From Lingula anatina (Eukaryota; Animalia; Brachiopoda), in contig CM120649.1 of assembly GCA_051362555.1 (NCBI GenBank), forward strand, positions 16,258,567 through 16,322,566: a DNA stretch of 64,000 bases, read 5' to 3'. Made by a program: the position numbers and the translations under genes. The notes beneath the pieces are model-generated. The model made no database searches. It saw nothing but the letters and a program-made list of their open reading frames with translations, and had not been told where the DNA came from. Position 1 is the stretch's first letter; each line of letters starts with the position of its first letter. Positions 39,287-51,432 of this stretch are shown piece after piece.

Positions 39287-42200
39287 ATGGCATGGTTCTT
39301 GACATCGCTGGCATGCTTGCTGCTGAGTGTCGTGGGTGAGTGGATATCGATAATTCACAAAAAATTACTTCATTTCTTAGCCTTAAACACGCGAAACAGT
39401 TCAAAAGAGGGCAGAAGAGATCTGAAATATCCCTTTTGTTAGTTTTCAATATTCATTGAAGACTTTCGGTTACGGCTAAATTGTCGTAGACATAAAAAGC
39501 GCGCCGACTCTAGACTAAAGTTTCATTATGAAACGGAACCATATTCTGCTTCCAATATTTCATGAAATGTGTTAAGAAGTGACGGTGCAGTTCTTGTCGC
39601 AACTGTTTTGAAAATCGTTAGTGTAATCTTGTCGCCGATTTGTAAAGGTGTGAGGAAACACGAGTCCATTGAAGACACGGGTTTCATTGCATGTGGGCCG
39701 TGTCATGTGCCCATTCTGTTATTATAAATACTTACATTTTTATTTATTTTTAAACTATTACTCTAAACATCAACCCTCCTTCTTATCCTTGAGTAATAAC
39801 AAGAGCAAAGCAAATGTCTTTACAATATGTACTATAAATGAGTATAAATGAATATTGTTTTTAATTCCATTAATTATTGTTTTTGATTCCATTAATATTG
39901 TTTTTAATTCCATTAATTAAAGTTCTCTCGTCGTTATCCCCCTATAACGTGCAAGTGTCCTACGTGGGCAGCCCACGTTCCCTCATCAATAATTTTATTC
40001 AACCTCATTGGGTCTAAGGTAGGAATGATGCATTTAGTTTCACTGTGTGTAGATATATAGATACAAAGCATATCTTTGCGTGCCCAAATGAGATCAAGTA
40101 GGCAAAATAATAGCTAAACACGGTCATCAAACAAACCCTGGATCAAAGCAAAATCAAACTTTTCCTTCATCATTATTGACTCACATTATTTTCCAATGTT
40201 ATCACCTAGCTGTACCAGTATCTTCGTCTGTGTTCATGAGAATGCTGACGTCACGAGGCAGCGAAAGGCCTGGGTCCCCCACGAATTCCCACAGCTGTTG
40301 GAGCGTTCGATCTGTCCCCAATGACCTCCGCAGTGCAGCCATTATGGGCCCTAACGGCCTTAGCACGTACTATCAGAAGTACACTGAGGCGTACGGGATA
40401 CCAATATTAGGTAGGGAGTTGAACATTGTATGTTATTGTTCCTAATTGTTTTGATGGACGATACAATTTTATGATTAAAATTTTTGAAAAATAGACTCCT
40501 TGTTTTTATAGTTCACAACTTTTAGATATTTTGAGAATCAGATTTTCACAATGAATTTTTACCCTGCATTTGTGATTATATGATTTTTACCCTGCTTTGG
40601 CATTATAAACGATAAGTTTGTTGTATTAAAGGTACACTCCATCCGATTTACCTGCCGAGACTGATTTTCCCGGGAAAACGAGCAATTTTCTGGTACTTAC
40701 GAATCATTTACCAACCCTGCCTGCAGTTGGCTCCCACCTTTGATAAAGTTTATAAAGGTTGACTAACTTTACTTTTCCATTTTACAAAACAATGCGTATA
40801 CATGTATTTCCTTTTGATAAAACAGCTTCATGCTGCTCTAATCCTGGCAGGTTCTGTGCATGTGCCGGAAGATGCGGTCAAACGCGCATGTTATGTCGTA
40901 AGATTCTTGTTCGCCGACAGACAAGACGTCCGTCGCTCCTACTACAAACACTTCGGTCGTTTCGCCGTGTATGGCCAGAACGAAGTCACCCGAAGTATCC
41001 CTGAGCATGCGTACTTGGATCCATTTTGGGACACTCGAGCACGTGGCCTCGGCGCCACTTTGACGGCACCCGTTGCGACCTGCGCGGAAGAAAACGCTCT
41101 CTGTTACTCCACCGACACCTACGACCCCAACGAGGACATTGCCCTGCACGAGTACTCCCATGCCCTGCAGAGTCTCGGGGCATACTTTGCTGTGCCAGGG
41201 TTTGAGGCTCGCTTGAAGAGCGCGTACAGCAGTGCCATATCACGTGGTCTGTGGGCCAACACGTATGCCGGTACTGACGAGGTCGAGTACTGGGTAGGTA
41301 TCAGTATCCACTGAGTTAGACAATTATGTAGGCGATCATGTTGGCGTCTCCTATGCAAGTGACGCTTTCTAAATGTCTATTATCAAAATTAAGGTGAATC
41401 CTATTATGATGATGATGATGATGATACCACAGCGATTATTGTAACTATATTAAACATCCAACAACCAAGATTTTCTAGGACAGTACCATTTATATATAAT
41501 TGGCTTTTTCCCTTCTGCAAAGGCTGAGGCCGTACAAAGTTATTTCAACGCCAACACCCACCGAGACACTGTGAACGGCATCCACGGTCCTGTCAGCACA
41601 AGAGACAAGCTGAGGGCCTACGATCCCGCCATATATGCCCTGATCCAGGAAATCTTCCCCTGTAACAACAACTACATTACCAGATGCGGCAATAGCCAAA
41701 CTCTACGTTGTAGGTGTCTTGTTGCTGTACTGTTTTCATTTCTTTACTGTGAAGGTTTTATAAATTCGTTTGTCTAATTAGTTATCTGTTTGTCGTATGT
41801 TTGTTTGCATTGGTTCGTTTCTCTTTGTCTCTTTTTCTCTCTATATATGTAAGTTTATTCATCTAAGGTTTTTCAGATTTAAGCGTTTGTCCCTTTTTTT
41901 CAATTTTTGCGTATTTTTATTTACTTGTTTATTCATTTTTCTATATCTTTTCCCTTATTATGCCAACTGATCAAGGATTAACGCAACATCCCTTGACTGT
42001 TTTAAACCTTCACTTTCTATCCCGACATAACTGCATGGTTATTCACCATATTCCGCATCTAAATAATTTCTGGAACACAATTTATTTGATCGCATTTCAG
42101 CTCAGGAGCATGCTCAGCAGTTGAGAATGAATTGTGCCGGGTCAGGAGGGGCTGGAACTGGAACAGGAACCGGAACCGGAACCAACACCGGAACTGGGAC

Positions 42201-42616
42201 TGGAACAGGTACAACTTTAAGTTTTATTTTCAGTAGAAACAACAAAGACATGTATCTTGGTGTAACGTATTGTCTGCCAATGCGTTTGCTGCAAGAAAGT
42301 TGGTTAGAGTTTGGAAAATAAAACCATAAGAAGCGCTCTATTTTAATTTTTAATACCTATATGTAAGTACCCCACCCCCCGGTATATACATAGGTAATTC
42401 TCTGAAGAATAAAATTACAATGAATAAACCGTGCTATTTGTGTTGATTAGGGACCGGTACAGGGGGCAGCTGTGTGGACAAGAGTGAGAATTGCCAGTAC
42501 TGGTCTCAGACCGGAGAGTGTTCCAAAAACCAAGCCTACATGTCTCAGAACTGCAAGAAGAGTTGTAATCTCTGCTCAGCTGGAGGCCAGGGTAATTAGA
42601 AGCACGCACGCGCGCG

Positions 42617-42657
<41 letters not shown>

Positions 42658-43741
42658 GACAATTGCACTACATTGCTTGGCATCGTTTTACAGCTACAGT
42701 AGTCGGCATCCATCTTTAAAGGACAAATTGGTAGACCCGTACCCCTTTCAAAAATAAAATAATTCCCCCTGCAGTACCAATAATCGACGTTTTTTAACTA
42801 TATTTTCTCGATATTTCCATTTCCATTTCTATTTTTTTTTCTATTTCTATTTTTGTTCATAGATTTATTATTCACTAAGTAGACTGAATGCATTCGTTTT
42901 TATAGGGCTCAATCTGTGCGTGTTTAGAGTCAATGTGTTTGTGTTTAAGGAGTCAATATATGTTTGTGTTTATAGACTCGATGTGTTTGTGTTTGGCGAC
43001 TGCATGTGTTTGTGAGTAGGGAATCAATGCATTTGTGATTAGGGACTCGATATGTTTGTGTTTATTAGGAGTCGATATGTTTGTGTTTAGAGGGTTTGTG
43101 TTTTTGTGTTTAGGGACTCGATGTGTTGCGTTTAGGGACTGAGTATGCTTGTGTTTAGAGAATCATTGTGTTTAGAGAGTCATTGTGTTTAGGGACTCAA
43201 TCTGGCAGCTGCTCAGACCAGAGCCAACACTGCAAGTACTGGTCAGAGACAGGGCAGTGCACTCAGAACGCCGCCTATATGCTGAAGAACTGCAAGAAAA
43301 GCTGCAACCAATGTTCAGGTACAGGTAGGATCATTTGTGTCAGCAATATTATCATTATTTGTGTAACCAACCCGGGATCATCGCCCAGAATTTCGGAGAT
43401 AAATGTATAAACGTACCTTTATTATCAGTAGATGTCTCTGCTTTTCTCACTCTGTAATTTTTATTAATCTTAAAAGAGACAAGGCCACAGCCACCATATT
43501 CAAAACTGTATACTTCTGTTTAGACCTTCCTAATTCCTTTTCCCTTTAGTGCATGCTAAGTTCATGCATTTATTTGTTAGGTTAATTTAATACATGTGTT
43601 TATTCGTCAGGTACGGTAGGACACACAGGAAGTTGCGCAGACCAAAGCACAAACTGTCAGTACTGGTCAGATACTGGAGAGTGCACCAGGAACTACACCT
43701 ACATGTCCCAGAACTGCAAGAAAAGCTGCCGCCTCTGTTGA
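39287..43741 (+). CDS. Secreted HEXXH zinc metallopeptidase + (GT)n linker + 3 ShKT domains, paralog B (~463 aa)
   Basis: Exons 39287-39335, 40210-40410, 40851-41293, 41523-41709, 42101-42208, 42451-42591, 43193-43324, 43611-43741. Signal peptide; 'EDIALHEYSHALQ'...'DEVEYWAEAVQSYF'; three ShKT modules 'C.D....C.YWS.TG.C..N..YM..NCKKSC..C'. Confidence 0.88.
42895..43200 (+). repeat. Degenerate ~20-23-bp intronic minisatellite (tgtgtttagggactcgatgtgtt-like)
   Basis: About 13 diverged units ending at, and including, the real splice acceptor 'gtgtttag|ggactcaa' at 43192/43193. Confidence 0.8.
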
Positions 43742-45005
43742 CCGCCAACGTGTCAATCAACATGTAGTAACTCGGTATATCTCTTGGAAAGAACTGAGGT
43801 TTTAGATTAACCGCGGTAATACTTAAGAAATAAAATAATACCTCACTTGCATGACGTGTCTTTTGTTACTTTCTATCAATATGATAAATTTATGTACATA
43901 GCATGTAGCATTAATATGGTAGTTTTATTGTATCCGGTATTTATTGCGAGTGACGTTTACATAGATAATAATACTGTTTTCTGGAAATAAGGAAATAACA
44001 TCGTGTGTATGTGAACCTGCAAAGGGACATGTGAATAAATTATCGGCGACACGCGGCCTTCTGGACTTAACATCAAAAAATAAAATAAAACGCGCCTATA
44101 TACAGTCACCCATATTTAGCCCTCTCCTTCAGGAGTAGAAGCTTTTGAACTAAAAAACAACGCATTTAAGCCTTGCAATTGTGAAAGGTTAAAGGATATC
44201 GAATGTCGGTTGACAAAGTAAATCGTGTTGGAGTTGAAAAATACATCATCATATACCCTTTATGTTAGGAACAAATGTGAAGGTATGCATTTTCTCGGGT
44301 ATATCATGTCCATGAATAACGGTCTCTGAAAGATTCTCTGTTAAATAAAAGTAAAATTACTGCGCATTTTGCTTTTCCATAGTCAAACTTGTGGTAAAAG
44401 TTTTAAAATAAGGAAGAGCAAACGCTAAATGTATAATGAAATATGTCTTAAAGGTAAATACCAACCGTTGCTCCCCTCCCCCAATACGCCGAAGTTTGAT
44501 TTTATTCACCTATATGAAAGTAACAGACGAGATGTGATAGGATATATGCAATTTATGATTTATTCACTTATCAGATGATAATCTGTCGTAAATGCATTGC
44601 TATAAAAAAAACACAAGTAACGTGTAAAGGTATGAACTTAGTATGGCTTTTGCTTAATATATTGTGACCATTACTGAAGCTATATATCATTTAAAAAAAA
44701 AACTTTGGTAGCACGGTAAAAAAGAATATCACTAAAACTGTATTTTTTCCTTATAATTTTTATCATACCCTCTTTGGTTTCAGCACTTCTTTAGAATCTG
44801 ATTATTTTCCATTATGTGTATGCGCATACTAACAGTGCCTTTCGGCAGTTATATAACACATAACTGAAATATAAATACCATTGTTATTTCCAAAATAAAA
44901 AAGTGTAAAACTTGTACCTGTACATTACTTGTGAAATAATTCAAAACCATTTGATTTTTTGTGTGTAGGGGTAAATTTGATTTTAACATAAAAAACACGG
45001 GTTAC

Positions 45006-47954
45006 TCAACAGACGTCGCCATTCACTGTGACACAGTCCCATTCAGGGTGAGACGACTTGACCAGATAGTTGAACAAACCGTCCGACATGGTATGGCGTC
45101 TCCCAATGAACTCTCTAGCAGCCGGTACGGCATTGCAGTCCCCGCCCGCCATGTCCAGCAAATCTACCAAGTCATTACGTATTTCGAACAGCTTGTCTGT
45201 TGTCGGGACTGTATAGGTAGGGTGGCTGGCCCCAGACCGCGCAAAGCTCAGCGGATAGATGAGGTAGCACTTCTGGTGCGGGAAAAGTCCAGATATCATG
45301 CGCAGAGCGTCGGTTGTCGTGAAGCTGCTGTCCAGAGGACTGACGCGGCTTAATATGGCATCGAGGGTGGAGTTGACCTTCATCAGTTTGACGATCCTGT
45401 CGGCAATCCCAATCAGTTTCGGTAGCTGTTCCTTGGTAAAAGGACCCAAGATGTCTTCCAGAGCGCCGTTGACCTTGTTATGGAAATCGGTGTTCAGGTA
45501 ATTTTTCAAGCCCCGCAGGGCAGAGGATATGCCTGAGACTCTTTGTTTGGAGTAAGGGCCAGACAAACCGTGGTTGTCTTCCAAGCATTTTTGGGTCTGA
45601 GCAAACTGAAGGGAGAGGGCAAAGTTTGAAAGTGGTTGGAGTCTTCCTCCTGGTTGTGGCTTAAAGGACGCTGCTAGCCTACTAAGGTCTGGTAGGCGTT
45701 TAAGTCCGGAGCGAATTTTGTTTCGGATTAGATCGGCGATGCTTCTCTTGCTTCGCGTACACATTTTGTTACGGAGGTCACTTAACTGTACCTTCAAGCC
45801 GGGAAAGGCGTTGCCAAGATCGACCGTGACCTTAAAGACGTTACGGAAGGCAGTGGTAACGCGTTTCTGCAGTTCCGGCCAAGCCGATTGGATCTTTGCG
45901 CAGTCGGCCTCAATGCGACGCAAACTGTGATCAACCATCTTTTTAGCTTCTTCCAAAGTCGATTTGGCGGACTTTAACTTGTTTTCGTACTCGCGCTGTT
46001 TTCTCTTGTTGCTCCCAATGCCGAGGAGGTCCAGGATATCGCCCCCGGAGAAAGGCACGGGTACGGGCAGCGTCGACAGAAGATTTTCCACCTCTCTCTC
46101 CAAGAGCTGGTTCACTATTCCTTCCAGACCCGTGTCCACCTTGTTCTTTATGTCGTCTAGCTCAGTTTTAAGAACTTCAAGATCTTTTATGTCAATTGTC
46201 TGGTTTACACCTAATTAAAGATAACAAAATAAAAGAGTGAAATAGGATAACGTTAAAGTCGTTGCTTAGATAAATATAACAGTGTAAATGATACTTAAAG
46301 CTTTGTAAGATTAGTACGTGTTTATCAAATAAATTGCTCATTTTGCGCCTATGAAAGACAAATTGTCCTAATATAATCCATTTAACGTAAAGCACATTTA
46401 CATAAATCAAAAATAATAAGTGGGAATGAGGATAATTTCTTTTGTTTGTGAATCTGTAAAAGGGACATCTGCACAGAATTCCCAAGACACGCCCTCCTGG
46501 TGCCACGTCATAAAACACCCCCACCTGCCTCCACCCATACCAAACGCCACCTACCGGAGAAAGAACCATAGGAAGACCTCAGCCTTGCAATGGTGAGGAG
46601 TTGGTATACTTCAAATGTCAGCTCCTTGAAAGCATCGGCGACTGCGGCCACATCAGACTGGAGGCTGACCAGCCTGTTCCGCATGTCCTTGCAATTGTTG
46701 TATACAGAGCTCCTCTTCGCCGCGAGGGAGCTGGAAATAATACGTTATTATTATTATTATTATTATTATATTCTGATACAATGGCCGAGATATAACAATA
46801 CAATACAAGGTGATTATATATTTACAGTTATTTTGTAACGATAACAAATTGATAATGATGAATGCCTTGGTTTTAAACATTTGAGCTACGCTGTATTATG
46901 ACATCAGGATATACTTATAATCAAATAATACCCCTGTCATCTTAAAAAGATATTTTTGGTATCCCACGTTTTGTTTTAAAAAAAGTCCCCTAGCAATAGA
47001 GTTAACATGTTTTTAATTTAATTTAATTGTTTAATACAACGACGACATATTAATTGCTAAGCTTAAATTAGTTTAGTTTAAATCTGCGTGTACCATAATG
47101 TTAGTCACAAGTGCAATTAAAATACTCACTTAACCTCGCGCTGTAGACGCTGGACTTGCGGTTTCAGGTCACATATCTGAAGACAAGAATAAAGCGATGC
47201 TTTTCTTTACTTCATTTTGTGTTTCATGTAGAAATAAAAAAAAGAAATACAAATTCTTTTATTTAAAAAGCAAATAAAAATATATAATAAAAAGTAGCTA
47301 TCCATTACTACAGCGTGCACATTCCTACTAATCCATGAGTTGAATCACTTTGATAATTGATGGAGAGAGAGAGAGAGAGAGAGAGAGTGAGAGACAGAGA
47401 GAGAGAGAGAGGTCACTTACGTCTGGATAATCAGGATAGTCCGGACATTTTGATAAAAATTTGTCTACGATGATGTCAATGATACCACCGCTTCCTAGAA
47501 CTGAATATCATAATGCACATTGAATATTATAATGCTTAAAACACCCTAAAATTTGTATAAATGTCCATTTTCACCGTTACGAGTAAAACGCTTCCGTCTC
47601 AATCTCCATTATGAGGGTGATGTAAAAATTAGAAACTTAGAACCCAAAAGGAAGTTTATAGGTACATTAGGTACATTGTACATGCAGTAATTCTGTGAAC
47701 GGCTTTAAAATCTATGTACCTTGTTCATTCACAAAAGCAGATTATTCTCCAATGTTTTGTTTGCAACTTATATGCTGCTGTAGGAGGGGTACATGTAGTT
47801 GGAAATTTCAAGTAAATCAATTTAAACTGCACAATTATCTAGCAATATTCTCGGGTCTTTAAGATAACAATTACAACTCACATCCCGATACGGGGCCGGC
47901 AGTGGAGAGTATTAAGAGTAGCGCCAGTCCAAACACATTCGCCACAGCAACCAT
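45006..47954 (-). CDS. Secreted, predominantly alpha-helical protein of unknown function (~526 aa)
   Basis: Exons 47954-47882 (signal peptide MVAVANVFGLALLLILSTAGPVSG), 47500-47421, 47176-47130, 46730-46555, 46210-45006; phases consistent (1581 nt). Heptad-like helices; RSKR site at ~45744-45755. Confidence 0.82.
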
Positions 47955-49497
47955 GATGACGGCGGTGTCTTAGCTTCTACTTGTTTGTATTTGTTCACCC
48001 GGATTTCCGATAAAACCACTGCCCCGCGTCTTACCTTTAAAAAAATTAAAATTAAGATGGCGTTGTTTTAGTTCAACGAGAGTGATCTCCAGCAAATAGC
48101 AGAGTTGAAAATGTATTAAATCGCTTGGAGCCCCGTCCCTTTATAAGGTAGTCACCTTTGCTTACACGGCCATAACAAAACTTGGATCTATGTAGTTTCA
48201 ATGTTTCTATATGAATGAGCCCTAAGACCACCCCCTGAAACTACTTTATCCCTAAAACAGATCTGTGGGAAGTTGGCACGGCAAGTGTCCCGTCAGCCTT
48301 AACCTACCAGTAGCTACGGCCGTGAATGCAAACTATGCAACGCAATGCAATTTCCATAAAAACGACATAAAACGAGTCGCCGTAATTAACCTTCAGTAAA
48401 TTTGGCACTAGTATTCCATTTAATACAGACCCAGTGGATGAAATAGCTAGTTATAAATGTTCGGACCATCTCTCCAAAAAGACCTTATGCTAGCTACTAT
48501 AGATACAATTCAACATCCAGTTTCTTTCTTTATACGTATACTGCGTTGTAACGTCGTTATTTGCCTATATCATAGGACATCACACTGGTTTGAGTTAACA
48601 GAATCCCAACCTACCTTCAAGTTCAGTTTTGACTATATGTTCAGCACTGTGGAGTTTGATGCACTAAACCGCATATAGTTGGCTTTTATACGATTGACTA
48701 CCGGCTTCGCAGCATATATTTAGAATGATATATAATAGGATATTAATTCAATGCCGCCAGGAAGCGGATCTAAAAAGGGGATGGGTCTTCCTACGTCAAT
48801 TTAAAACTTGTTTAATCGTTCAGTTGTCAGGGTCCCGTTGATGTTAGCTATAATGTGCCTTACTTTTACTTAATTAGTATCCAAAGTTTAAAACAAGACT
48901 GTAAGGTAAATACATATACATACGTTTTGCGCCTTCCCTTTTGACCAAGAAAATATACCATTTCTAACCCTTGCATCTTCTTTTTATTTTTTTTAAATTT
49001 TTTTATTTTTATTTCATTTTTATTTTATTTTCCTTTTTTGTTTGTATTCCATATATATATACATGTAACATCTAGTTTATGCAAAGAAGTATAAGCAACA
49101 TATAATTTATAGAAACAACTTGTACCTTGTACGTATTTTAATTGAAAAATGCAGTTGCTTGAGTCATTTACTACACATGTAGGCACTGAACTTAGATTAC
49201 ATTAATCTATAGGTTCCGGAATATCTCAAACATTTCGCATGTCAAAACAACATAACAAAGTGAGATGCCACTGTCGGGGAAGTGCTAGATGTTTATATTA
49301 ATGCCCGTAGCTGTTTTCAACATAAAGCGATATTAGTTTAGGAAATGGAAAATAATGGATTGACAGAGCAAATTCTCATAAAGGAGGGTTAGGAAATTGA
49401 TATTTTCGAATGGGAAGAGGGTGCTATAGCAATTTAGCTGTCACTTCCGTATTTGATAGACATAGTGCATTGTTTATTTGTCTTGTGTTCATTTAGC

Positions 49498-49532
<35 letters not shown>

Positions 49533-50197
49533 TTGAGGTTTACAGCAAATGAATAGATGACCCACAGAAAATAAGTAAATGAATGGACCACGAAACGAGC
49601 ATATAAACTTACAATCAAATCAAATTAATATTTATTTTCCATTATCTTACTACATGTATCCTTATCTGTTTATTTTATTTATTTGTATCATGACTGTCGC
49701 ATTTCATTACCCATGCATGACTGTCGCATTTCATTACCCATGGGTAAATTCTTCTTAAGTGCTCAAAGCAACAAATTAAAGCAATTTTGGGCTACATTTC
49801 TATTGCAGTGTGCATTACATAAGAAGTATATGTCGTTTTAATTGTATACATTAGAACAAAGGGATGATCTGGTCACAAAAGAACACTTTCTCTGACCACT
49901 GAAGGACATTCCTACTGACCATTGTCAAACATCTTGACCATTAGGATGGGCAAAATGTGTTTAAAGTGGGGCAAATCGACTAAGGCAGAGAGGTGGTTAA
50001 GTGAAATTTCGTGACCCGGAATATAAGTATTAATTCTGTTGACGATAGATACGCCTACATACTACGACTAAGAAAGGTAGGTACGCCTACATGGCACGAG
50101 TCAGGGAACTAATGTGATGTTTTGACCCACCGTTCAGCTTTTGACATATTTCATAAGTGAATGTTAAATGCGTGTACGCACGCTCGGGTGTGTGTGT

Positions 50198-50246
<49 letters not shown>

Positions 50247-51180
50247 AAGGGCCCACCAGAATATTGAATCAATGATTTCCAGTTGCTGAACAGCGTAAAA
50301 ACAAAAAAACATCTGCATCGAGACCCGCAAAAAAATCTTAGTGTTAACGATTGCACCTTTTGAGCAGATAAAAAAAGAGGAAAAACGACCTCGAACCCCC
50401 ACGGGAAGTCACACCTGTTAGTGAAGTGTTCCTTGGTCACGTGCAATGCATTGTATCATGACGTATTTGGCCCATTAAAATTCGACCGCATCATCACGAA
50501 ATGTCAGTGACCCTACATGTATATATTTATAGGTGCATTTATGTACAGTATATAAGGTAACATGTGTCATTTGTGCTGGATCCTCGCTCAAGACAAATTA
50601 GCAATTTAATGTAGTAACTTTTTAAAGATTTTATTTTTGCCCTTGTGTGTCACTATTTCAATTAAGAAAAGGGCTCAGATATTAAAATCTTAGCTCGCTA
50701 CGCCTGTATTTTACACTACACAGGCCGCGGTACAAGACACCATGCCATTTCTTGTGTGAAAAACTAGGTCCTGTCCTGAGAAGATCAGTTATGGTAGATT
50801 TTGTTTAGTATGACTCGCCAGTCATTTACAACTAAGGTATTGAATTCAAAATTGAATAAAATAGTGCAATGATTCGCGAGTAAAAAAAGATATGCTCTTT
50901 ACCCCGTTAATTTATATTTATAATATCTATGGATGTTGTTTAGTTGATGCCGTTGATGGTCGATATCGGTCGATATGATTGATTGATTGATTGATTGATT
51001 TAGCTCAGGAAAATTTATGGCGGGTTAATCCCGCAGAGAGCACCTAATAAATGATTAATGGCTTAATTCAAGAAATGCTATTTCAATGAAACGGAAATTT
51101 ACCTATACACCTAGTGATCGTATAATATTTAAATTTTATTCATTCAAATCCAAGTGAAAACCTACCACATAATGTATAAC

Positions 51181-51215
<35 letters not shown>

Positions 51216-51432
51216 CCATTTTGATTGAACCATATGGCTTAACCAGCAGTACAGGACTAATGATATCCCCAAAAACATAAGTCAGAATTAATTTGTGACT
51301 TGTTTGTAATGAAAACTTATCCTCTTATTTTTAATATAGCTTGCTACATTAAGATTTATATAACTAGATGGCACTGAGGACTGTCTTTACCACGGAACAG
51401 GAAAAAATATCCTTTCTGTGCCTATATAAGAA

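Noticed and set aside
39955-40018. Possible extra exon in peptidase B (good AAG|GTAGG donor)
   Set aside because: The available acceptors give either an in-frame stop or a phase mismatch; exon 1 splices cleanly to 40210.
42895-43200. Regularly spaced repeats resembling a CRISPR array
   Set aside because: Eukaryotic intron; units are contiguous and degenerate with no unique spacers and no cas genes.
49689-49742. 27-bp direct duplication (catgactgtcgcatttcattacccatg x2); similar small duplications at ~22160-22235 and ~52365-52400
   Set aside because: Simple local slippage duplications with no evident function.
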